From NCBI GenBank assembly GCA_022703585.1, contig JAKLDJ010000001.1, positions 740,006 to 804,005 of the forward strand: 64,000 bases of DNA. The letters run 5' to 3'. Below the pieces are notes generated by a model that was given only the letters and a program-made list of their open reading frames with translations, had not been told where the DNA came from and did not search any database. This DNA comes from Candidatus Omnitrophota bacterium. GTDB taxonomy: Bacteria; Omnitrophota; Gorgyraeia; Zapsychrales; JAKLDJ01. This document shows positions 18,542 to 26,347 of this stretch, one piece after another. Position 1 is the first letter of the stretch. Every line of letters starts with the position of its first letter. A program made the position numbers and the translations under genes.

Positions 18542-19615
18542 ATGAAGATCGGCATCATCGGCTTACCGCAGACGGGTAAAAAGACCTTATTCGAGCTTTT
18601 AACCGGAGAAAAAACCTCTTCTGAGGCTCAGCCATCCAAGACTAATGTCCTGTTGGGAATCGCCAAGATCAGGGATTCGCGTTTTGACCGGATGGTTGCG
18701 ATGTATAAACCTAAGAAAAGCGTCCCGGCCGCCATCGATATCGTCCTTCTTCCTAAATTCGATAAAGAGACGATTGCCAGCGGCGAATTCTTAAAATCGC
18801 TGGAGAATTGCGACGCCCTCTGCCATATCGTGCGCAGCTTTACCGACGAATCCGTTTTTCATATTCATGGAAGTGTCGACCCGTTAAGAGATGCTGAAGA
18901 GGTTTATTCCGAACTCATTTTAAGCGACCTGATCCTGATCGAAAAAAGGCTGGAGAGGCTCGCCAAGGAACTTTTGAATAAATCGACTCCCGCACAGATT
19001 AAAGAAAAAGAAATTTTATTGCGCATGAAATCTCTTTTGGATGATAACAAGCCTTTAAGTGTTCTGGTTTTAAATGAAGACGAAAAAAAGATCATGGCGA
19101 CCTACAAATTCTTAACCGCCAAACCGAAAATTATCGCCCTCAACGTCAGCGAAGACAAGGTGGCGGACCGCACCACCCTGGATGCGGTAAGCCAAAAGTA
19201 TAAAGATTTTGGCGTTAAGGTGATGCAGATTTCGGCCAAAATAGAAGCTGAAATTTCTTCGCTGGGCGCGTCCGAGCGGGAGGCCTTTTTAAAAGATTTG
19301 AATATTAAAGAGCCCGCACTCAATCAACTCTCGCGCCTTTGTTACGAGGCCTTGGGGCTTATGTCCTTTTTTACCGTCGGAGAAGACGAGGTCCGTCAGT
19401 GGACGACGCGAAAAGATTCCTTGGCCCCTCAGGCGGCCGGGGCCATTCATTCGGATTTGCAAAGAGGGTTTATCCGTGCCGAGATCATTAAATACGCCGA
19501 CCTTATGGAGCTGGGAAGCGAAAACAAGGTTAAAGAGGCGGGAAAGTTGCTCTTAAAGGGAAAAGATTACGTGGTTGAAGACGGCGATATCATGCACGTG
19601 CGGTTTAGCGTTTAA
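18542..19615 (+). CDS. ychF: YchF/Obg-family GTPase-like protein with TGS domain; non-canonical G1 and G3 motifs
   Basis: Length and layout match YchF (C-terminal TGS ...GDIMHVRFSV). The P-loop reads GLPQTGKKT instead of GLPNVGKST, and the G3 region reads DIVLL instead of DIAGL. Confidence 0.7.
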   Translation: MKIGIIGLPQTGKKTLFELLTGEKTSSEAQPSKTNVLLGIAKIRDSRFDRMVAMYKPKKSVPAAIDIVLLPKFDKETIASGEFLKSLENCDALCHIVRSFTDESVFHIHGSVDPLRDAEEVYSELILSDLILIEKRLERLAKELLNKSTPAQIKEKEILLRMKSLLDDNKPLSVLVLNEDEKKIMATYKFLTAKPKIIALNVSEDKVADRTTLDAVSQKYKDFGVKVMQISAKIEAEISSLGASEREAFLKDLNIKEPALNQLSRLCYEALGLMSFFTVGEDEVRQWTTRKDSLAPQAAGAIHSDLQRGFIRAEIIKYADLMELGSENKVKEAGKLLLKGKDYVVEDGDIMHVRFSV

Positions 19616-19616
19616 G

Positions 19617-20426
19617 ATGGCCATGAAGATACTTATTGTTATTGTTTTTTCAATTCTTGCGTTTGTCCTTTTTGTGCGCTACTTCGAATCGAGGAGCGTC
19701 TTTTATCCGACGCGCGAGATACCGGTGACGCCCTCGGCGGTCGGGCTTGATTTTGACGATGTTTATTTTAAGACCCAAGACGGTGTAACGCTTAACGGCT
19801 GGTTTGTTAAAGCCGGGGACGGGCGCTGTACGTTGCTTTATTTTCACGGCAATGCCGGTAATCTAGGGCATCGGTTGGAAAAGATCGCTCTATTCCATCA
19901 GCTGGGAGTCAATATTTTTATTATCGATTACCGGGGATATGGAAAGAGCACAGGCAAGCCGACCGAGCAGGGTGTTTATCAGGACGCCCTTGCCGCTTAC
20001 GATTATTTGTTGGCGGACCGCGGTATTAACCCGGAAAAAATAGTCGGCTACGGAGATTCTTTGGGCGGGGCGGTGGCAATTGATCTGGCGACAAAAAAGA
20101 AATTAAGCTGTCTCATTATTGATTCTTCGTTTACGTCGGTTGCCGATTTAGGGAAAATGATCTTTCCTTTTGTGCCGTCTTTCTTGTTGGCGACCAAAAT
20201 GGATTCCATCAATAAAGTGAAAGGTATTTCTATCCCAAAACTTTTTATTCACAGTGTCAACGACGAGATTGTACCTTTTGCATTGGGCAAGAAATTATTT
20301 GATGCGGCGGCGCAACCGAAAGAATTCTTAACAATCACCGGCGGGCACAACACGAACCACATCGACTCAAAAGATGATCTGCTTAAAGGGATCGGGGATT
20401 TCCTGAAGAAATATAATTACCTTTAG
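19617..20426 (+). CDS. Alpha/beta hydrolase with N-terminal membrane anchor
   Basis: Nucleophile elbow GYGDSLGG, the HGNAGN oxyanion region and the N-terminal TM helix MAMKILIVIVFSILAFVLFV. Confidence 0.7.
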   Translation: MAMKILIVIVFSILAFVLFVRYFESRSVFYPTREIPVTPSAVGLDFDDVYFKTQDGVTLNGWFVKAGDGRCTLLYFHGNAGNLGHRLEKIALFHQLGVNIFIIDYRGYGKSTGKPTEQGVYQDALAAYDYLLADRGINPEKIVGYGDSLGGAVAIDLATKKKLSCLIIDSSFTSVADLGKMIFPFVPSFLLATKMDSINKVKGISIPKLFIHSVNDEIVPFALGKKLFDAAAQPKEFLTITGGHNTNHIDSKDDLLKGIGDFLKKYNYL

Positions 20427-20455
20427 GATAAGAATACCATTAAGGGAATGCGTGT

Positions 20456-21655
20456 ATGAGAGAATTCCTAAGAGCACAAGGAACGAAAATCGTAATCAGC
20501 CGAAACAAACCGGTTATTTTAAAAGGGGTTAATTTGGGCGGTTGGCTGATGATGGAAGGCTATATCTTGCATTCTCCTAATATTGCCGCGCAGGTATTTA
20601 AGAAGAATTTCGCCAAGAGGCTTGGGGAAAAGGAGCTACGTTCTTTTGAAAAAAATTTCTACGACAATTTTATCCGCGAGGATGATTTTAAAACAATCGC
20701 CGCTATGAATCTGAATTGTGTCCGCCTGCCGTTTAATTGCCGGTTGATCGAAAAAAGCCCGTATCGCTACGATTCTAATGGAGTTTCTTATCTCGACCGG
20801 GCTATCCGTTGGGCGGAAAAACACGGGATATGGATTATCCTGGACTTGCATGCGGCGTGGGGTGCGCAAAACGGTGACTGGCATTCGGATAGCTTGGGAA
20901 AAGCCGATTTGTGGAGCCGGAAAGATTTTCGAAATCGGACATTGGCCCTTTGGGAATTTTTAGCCGACCGTTATAAAGAAAAACAAGCCCTGGCCGGCTA
21001 CGATCTTTTAAACGAAGCGGTTACGGACGACACAAAAGGCTTAAACGCTTTTTATCAATCTTTGGTTAAGCGCATACGGGCGGTTGACAAGAATCATATT
21101 CTTTTTGTGGAAGGCAACACATGGGCTACGGATTTGGATTGCCTGGATGAATTTAGCGACGATAACCTTGCCTTAAGTATTCACGCCTACCGGCCGCTTG
21201 ATTTTACCTTTAATTTTGTCCCGCATTTATCCTATCCGCTAAAATGCCAGGGAAGCGTTTGGGATAAGGGCGGATTACGAAAATATTTATCCGGCTACAA
21301 AAAAACATCGGAAAAACGCAACCGTCCGATTTTTGTCGGAGAATTTGGCGTTAATAACCGGGACGGTTTGTACAATGAAGAACGGTGGGTTAGGGATATA
21401 CTGGCGTGTTTTAAAGAGTTTGGTTTCCATTGGACCTATTGGACGTATAAGGCGGTTAAAAATAATATCTTTCCCGACGGAATCTTTAGCTATTTAGATA
21501 ATCCGCCCTGGGTGAATCGTCAGGGGCCGTTAACGGGATGGGATACCTACGCCGGATGCTGGTGTAAAGAAAAGAAAGAAATGATCAAATCCTGGCAGAC
21601 GGATTCTTTTCACAAGAACGTACCGATTGTTGAGGTTTTGCGCAATGCTCGATAA
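20456..21655 (+). CDS. Glycoside hydrolase family 5-like (cellulase-type) protein
   Basis: (beta/alpha)8 GH5-like signatures: GVNLGGWLMMEGY, DLLNEA (NEP-like acid/base region) and the GEFG nucleophile region. Confidence 0.55.
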   Translation: MREFLRAQGTKIVISRNKPVILKGVNLGGWLMMEGYILHSPNIAAQVFKKNFAKRLGEKELRSFEKNFYDNFIREDDFKTIAAMNLNCVRLPFNCRLIEKSPYRYDSNGVSYLDRAIRWAEKHGIWIILDLHAAWGAQNGDWHSDSLGKADLWSRKDFRNRTLALWEFLADRYKEKQALAGYDLLNEAVTDDTKGLNAFYQSLVKRIRAVDKNHILFVEGNTWATDLDCLDEFSDDNLALSIHAYRPLDFTFNFVPHLSYPLKCQGSVWDKGGLRKYLSGYKKTSEKRNRPIFVGEFGVNNRDGLYNEERWVRDILACFKEFGFHWTYWTYKAVKNNIFPDGIFSYLDNPPWVNRQGPLTGWDTYAGCWCKEKKEMIKSWQTDSFHKNVPIVEVLRNAR

Positions 21656-22451
21656 AAACATCACCAGTTTTAAAAACCCGCAGGTGAAGAATGTTATTGC
21701 TCTTCGAGAAAGAAAAGAGCGGGAAAAGAGTAAATTGACGATTGTCGAGGGCGCGCGAGAAATCGGATGCGCTTTTAAAGCGGGGGTTGAATTTAAAGAA
21801 GTGTATGTCTGCCGGGAGTTTTTTGGCGACCGCGGGCAACAGGGCATTGTTAAGGAGCTTGAGTTAAAGAAGGTTAAAGTCTTTGAAACTACAAAAGAGA
21901 TCTTCGAAAAAATCTCTTTCGGCGACAGACATGAAGGTGTTTTGGCGGTTTGCCGGCAGCCTAGTCAGGCACTAAGGGATCTTAAGGTGTCCGATTCTTC
22001 TCTTTTTGTTATTGTTGAGAAAATCGAGAAACCGGGAAATCTGGGGGCTATTTTAAGGAGCTGTGATGGCGCCGGCGTGGACGGGTTAATCATCTGTGAA
22101 GGGGCGACAGATTTATACAATCCCAACGCGGTGCGCGCCAGTCTGGGGACAATTTTTTCAGTCAAGGTGGTAGAAAGCTCCAATGAAAAGACACTGGCCT
22201 TTCTAAAGGAAAACGGAGTGAAAGCTTTTGCGACGACGCCGACTGCTGCGACGGTTTATACGCAAGCCGACTTTAAGAATTCTGCGGCAATCATCTTGGG
22301 AAGCGAGCAGGAGGGCTTAAGCGATTTTTGGATCAATCATTGTGATATAAAGGTAAAAATACCGATGCGGGGTAAGGCGGATTCGCTTAACGTGTCAACC
22401 ACCGCAGCCTTGGTTATCTATGAGGCGCTTCGCCAGCGCGGTGTTTCTTAA
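21645..22451 (+). CDS. SpoU/TrmH-family RNA 2'-O-methyltransferase
   Basis: SPOUT motifs: LDGVSDPGNLGAIxRS-like KPGNLGAILRSCDGAGV and the C-terminal LNVSTTAALVIYE. Confidence 0.8.
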   Translation: MLDKNITSFKNPQVKNVIALRERKEREKSKLTIVEGAREIGCAFKAGVEFKEVYVCREFFGDRGQQGIVKELELKKVKVFETTKEIFEKISFGDRHEGVLAVCRQPSQALRDLKVSDSSLFVIVEKIEKPGNLGAILRSCDGAGVDGLIICEGATDLYNPNAVRASLGTIFSVKVVESSNEKTLAFLKENGVKAFATTPTAATVYTQADFKNSAAIILGSEQEGLSDFWINHCDIKVKIPMRGKADSLNVSTTAALVIYEALRQRGVS

Positions 22452-22467
22452 GATTTAATAAAATCCC

Positions 22468-24408
22468 ATGATCACACTTAATAATCTCACAAAGAATTTT
22501 GACCAAAGGGTTTTGCTCGACGGTGTTTCAATCAGTATTTACCGGAACGAGAAGATAGGCTTGACCGGGCCTAACGGTACGGGAAAGACGACCCTTTTTT
22601 CTATTATTTTAGGCGAAACCGAACCCTCCGGCGGCGAGGTTCAGATACAACGCAATATCAAAATCGGGTACCTGCCTCAGGAATCCCACTTTGATTCCAC
22701 AAAAACGGTGCTGGAAGAACTGATGGCCGGTGACGAAACGATTATTGCGCTAAAGAAAGAAAAGAAAGAATTGGAAGAAACTCATAAGGCCGACAGCATG
22801 CGCTACGGAGACATCTTGCACGAACTGGAGCATCTGGGAATTTATGAGCTGGAGCACAAGGCGAAAAAGGTCCTTTCCGGATTGGGATTTTCCGAGGCGG
22901 ATTTCAACCGCCCGATTTCTTCTCTAAGCGGAGGTTGGCAGATGCGTTCTCTGCTGGCCAAATTATTGACCTACCAGTATGACGTGCTTCTTTTGGATGA
23001 GCCCACCAACTACCTGGATTTGGCTGCTACCTTGTGGCTTAAAAACTTTTTGTCTAATTACCAGGGGACTTTTGTCATCATTTCACACGATAAAGTTTTC
23101 TTAAATGACGTGACCAATTATACGATTATTCTCGAGCAGGGCCGTATTGCTAAGATCAAGGGTAATTATGAGCAGTATGAACAGATGAAGTCGATGAGGG
23201 TAGAGTCTTTAGAAAAAAGACAAAAGGTTGTCGAAAAAAAGCGCCAGCAGCTGGAACGATTTGTCGAGCGGTTTCATGCCCAGCCTAATCTGGCCTCAGC
23301 GGTGCGTAATAAAAAGAAAATGATTGAGCGCCTCGAGACTATCGAGATACCCCAGGACAGAAGAAGTATCCATCAATTTGAATTTCCCCAGACCGTTAAC
23401 AGCGGTTATGTCGTTGCCACTTTGGAGAATGTCAGCAAATCATACGCGGAAAAGAAAGTTTATGAGAATCTTAATTTTGAAATTACCCGTACCCAGAAGA
23501 TCTGCCTGGTAGGCTCGAACGGTGCGGGCAAATCGACCTTATTAAAGATGCTGGCCGGTGTGGTCGAGTCTGATTCGGGGACAAGAAAGCTCGGCCACCA
23601 GGTCAGCCTGGGATATTTTTCCCAGACGCGGCTCGACGTCCTTAATCCGCAGAAGACGGCGTTTGAAGAGGTGGTCTCTTCGGTGCCGGGCGGTGTCCCG
23701 GAACTACGGGTCAGGAGCTTGCTCGGGCTTTTTAATTTTCGCGGCGACGATGTCTTTAAGCCGGTTAAGGTTTTGTCGGGGGGAGAAAAAAGCAGGGTTA
23801 TTTTGGCAAAACTTTTGATTAATCCGCCCAACTTTATTCTTTTGGATGAGCCCACGACGCATTTGGATATCGACGGGGTGGAGGCTTTAACCACGGCCTT
23901 TAAGGCCTACGAGGGGACACTGTGCTTTATCAGCCACGACCTGTTTTTTGTTAAGGAGATCGCCAATTATATTGTCGAGGTCAATGCCGGAAAGATCAGG
24001 TCTTTTCCCGGCGGGCTCGATTATTATCTTGATAAAAAAGCGACCGAAGACGCGGGGACTGTTCAGGCAGAGCGCGAAAGCCGCCAGGAGGAAAAGCGCA
24101 GAAAAGATTCTGGTAAAGAAAAGGTTAAGGTCAATCCTGCGGTTGAAGAACTCCACAAACGCCATCGGGAGGCTTTAAAAAGGATAGAAACGATAAAGAA
24201 AGAAATCAAGGATTTGGAAAAGGAAAAGAAAGACCTGGAAACCGAAAGCTATGTCAAGGTACGTATTGTTTCCGAGCCGTTAAGCCGGCGCGATTCCGAA
24301 ACGCTTAAAGAATACGGACAGCGATTAAAATTCATTCAACGGCGTATCCGCGAGATTGAGTCGACGATCACGCGGTTAACTGAAGAGCGTGACAGTATCA
24401 GTAAATGA
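22468..24408 (+). CDS. ABC-F family ATPase (Uup/EttA-like translation factor) with C-terminal coiled coil
   Basis: Two ABC cassettes (GPNGTGKTT...LSGGWQMRSLLAKLL...LLLDEPTN; GSNGAGKSTL...LSGGEKSRVILAKLL...LLDEPT). No TM domain. K/E-rich coiled-coil tail. Confidence 0.85.
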   Translation: MITLNNLTKNFDQRVLLDGVSISIYRNEKIGLTGPNGTGKTTLFSIILGETEPSGGEVQIQRNIKIGYLPQESHFDSTKTVLEELMAGDETIIALKKEKKELEETHKADSMRYGDILHELEHLGIYELEHKAKKVLSGLGFSEADFNRPISSLSGGWQMRSLLAKLLTYQYDVLLLDEPTNYLDLAATLWLKNFLSNYQGTFVIISHDKVFLNDVTNYTIILEQGRIAKIKGNYEQYEQMKSMRVESLEKRQKVVEKKRQQLERFVERFHAQPNLASAVRNKKKMIERLETIEIPQDRRSIHQFEFPQTVNSGYVVATLENVSKSYAEKKVYENLNFEITRTQKICLVGSNGAGKSTLLKMLAGVVESDSGTRKLGHQVSLGYFSQTRLDVLNPQKTAFEEVVSSVPGGVPELRVRSLLGLFNFRGDDVFKPVKVLSGGEKSRVILAKLLINPPNFILLDEPTTHLDIDGVEALTTAFKAYEGTLCFISHDLFFVKEIANYIVEVNAGKIRSFPGGLDYYLDKKATEDAGTVQAERESRQEEKRRKDSGKEKVKVNPAVEELHKRHREALKRIETIKKEIKDLEKEKKDLETESYVKVRIVSEPLSRRDSETLKEYGQRLKFIQRRIREIESTITRLTEERDSISK

Positions 24409-24418
24409 CACGACGGTC

Positions 24419-24670
24419 ATGAAATTAAAATTAGATTTACATGAAATTTATTCGCAAGGGGATGAACTTACCCGGGCTTTGCATGCCGGGATGAACGAGG
24501 CCCGGGACAAGAAGGCAAAGCTTTTAGAGATTATTCCCGGCAAGGGCACGGGGCAGCTTAAAAAACATGTCCTGAAGTTCCTGGAGAAGAATTATAAAGG
24601 CGCATATCATCGAATTGAAAAGGACGACAAGAACTGGGGCCGGATTATTGTCCATTTTCGTTACTCGTAA
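24419..24670 (+). CDS. Smr-domain protein (small MutS-related nuclease domain)
   Basis: LDLHEIYSQGDELTRALHAGMNEARDKKAKLLEIIPGKGTGQLKKHVLKFL matches the Smr core (LDLHG...xIHGKG). Start is ambiguous: GTG at 24389 overlapping ABC-F, or ATG at 24419. Confidence 0.75.
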   Translation: MKLKLDLHEIYSQGDELTRALHAGMNEARDKKAKLLEIIPGKGTGQLKKHVLKFLEKNYKGAYHRIEKDDKNWGRIIVHFRYS

Positions 24671-24691
24671 GATAAAGGCGGAGGAGGAGAC

Positions 24692-25084
24692 ATGAAAAGA
24701 TTCAGCATGCTGGTGGTGATTTTATTGTTTTCATGCGGTTGCGCCAAGCTCAGCCATTTACAGGAGCTGTTGACCCTTAAGGGCCTTTCCGATAATCAGG
24801 ACGCCCAAAACCGCTATGTTGAAAAACAGGACAAGAAATTTGATCAGCTCCTTGCCGTTGTCAAAGCGGGGCGCTTAAATGAATTCTCCGACAAAAAATC
24901 TTTTCTTAAGGAATTCGGCGACCCCGTGCTTACCAAAAAGTTGGACAATGGAACTGAGCAGTGGCTGTACCGCTACACGGCTAAATTATTCGGTTCGGAA
25001 AAAGTCTATCTGTATTTTGATAATTCCGGCAAATTCGTTGACTATAAGCACGTGACACCGGACAGCAATAAGGGGAATTTATGA
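24692..25084 (+). CDS. Hypothetical lipoprotein
   Basis: MKRFSMLVVILLFSCGCAKL is a signal peptide with a lipobox-like LFSC. GGAGGAGG ribosome-binding site upstream. Confidence 0.6.
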   Translation: MKRFSMLVVILLFSCGCAKLSHLQELLTLKGLSDNQDAQNRYVEKQDKKFDQLLAVVKAGRLNEFSDKKSFLKEFGDPVLTKKLDNGTEQWLYRYTAKLFGSEKVYLYFDNSGKFVDYKHVTPDSNKGNL

Positions 25085-25125
25085 TTTGAACCGGTAGCAT
25101 CCGGTGTTCCTCAGGGAGGCGCGAT

Positions 25126-25272
25126 ATGAAGCCTTACAAGAAACCTAAGTATCAATTGGATTTAAGAAAGATCGAGAAGACCGTCGAACAGCAGAAAAAA
25201 GAGGAAGACTGGACCGAGGAAGAGCTGTATCAGGAGATGCTGCGGACAAAATCAAAATATAAACACCGCTAG
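25126..25272 (+). CDS. Small hypothetical protein (48 aa, K/E-rich)
   Basis: ATG preceded by GGAGG at 6-nt spacing. MKPYKKPKYQLDLRKIEKTVEQQKKEEDWTEEELYQEMLRTKSKYKHR. Not in the ORF track because it is under 60 aa. Confidence 0.35.
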   Translation: MKPYKKPKYQLDLRKIEKTVEQQKKEEDWTEEELYQEMLRTKSKYKHR

Positions 25273-25380
25273 CGCATCGTTAAAAGAGTTATTAATGATT
25301 TATTGGGCACAGCACCCGCTTGATTTTAACAAAAATAACTGCAAAGTATTAATTTTACGGAGTGATAAAAATAAATTTTT

Positions 25381-26310
25381 ATGGGCGAACGAACCGCAAA
25401 AAATCTAGAGGAAATCTATAAAAGGCTCTTGGCCAAGTTTGGGCCGCAGCACTGGTGGCCGGGTAGAACTAAGTTTGAGGTCATGGTCGGTGCCATTTTA
25501 ACCCAGAATACCAGCTGGGAAAACGTTGAGAAGGCGATTGATAATTTAAGGCGAGAAAAACTTTTATCGCCCAAGGGCCTAAAAGGCATTCATGCATCCA
25601 AACTGGCTGCCCTGATAAGGCCTGCCGGGTATTTTAATGTTAAGGCCAAGAGGCTAAAGAATTTCATTGATTTTCTATTTAAGGAATATAACGGTAATCT
25701 GAAAGAAATGACAAAAGAATACTGGGTGAATTTGCGTATCAAGCTTTTAAGCGTTAACGGTATCGGGCCGGAAACAGCGGACTCGATTTTGCTCTATGCC
25801 CTGGAAAAACCCGTTTTTGTCGTCGATGCCTACACCAAAAGAATCCTGTCGCGCCACAATCTTGTCAACCGGCGCGCCGATTACCAGACGATCCAGAGCA
25901 TATTTATGGATAATCTCAACCAGGATACCAAGATGTACAATGAATATCATGCCCTTTTAGTGCGCCTGGGTAAAGAGCTATGCCGGCCTAAGCCTTTTTG
26001 TGAAATTTGCCCCTTAAACAATTTGAGTTATTCCACGAATTATAAATGTTACTCCTGCAACAAGGCCCTCCCCCGGCCGCAGGAGCGTTATCAGCTTAAT
26101 CTGGAATTGCATCGGGCCCCGGAAATTTCTCCGACTGAAGTGGAAAGCAAAAAAGATCCCGCGGCGGATGTCAAATCGTTAACCGAGCAAATGGGGAAAA
26201 AGCTCGCCTCCGAGCTTCCTGACGATATCTATACTTCCTACAGGGTTAACCTGTGCCGAAAATGCCGGGATACATTTTTTGTCCGGTTTAAAAATAAAGA
26301 ATTTGTCTAA
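25381..26310 (+). CDS. HhH-GPD superfamily base-excision DNA glycosylase (endonuclease III-related) with ~90-aa C-terminal extension
   Basis: QHWWPGRTKFEVMVGAILTQNTSW, the helix-hairpin-helix VNGIGPETADSIL, the catalytic-region VVDAYTKRIL, and a Cys cluster CRPKPFCEICPL. Confidence 0.75.
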   Translation: MGERTAKNLEEIYKRLLAKFGPQHWWPGRTKFEVMVGAILTQNTSWENVEKAIDNLRREKLLSPKGLKGIHASKLAALIRPAGYFNVKAKRLKNFIDFLFKEYNGNLKEMTKEYWVNLRIKLLSVNGIGPETADSILLYALEKPVFVVDAYTKRILSRHNLVNRRADYQTIQSIFMDNLNQDTKMYNEYHALLVRLGKELCRPKPFCEICPLNNLSYSTNYKCYSCNKALPRPQERYQLNLELHRAPEISPTEVESKKDPAADVKSLTEQMGKKLASELPDDIYTSYRVNLCRKCRDTFFVRFKNKEFV

Positions 26311-26347
26311 AGCAATATTTTTTTAAAAACCGGTTAACCGTCAAGGT

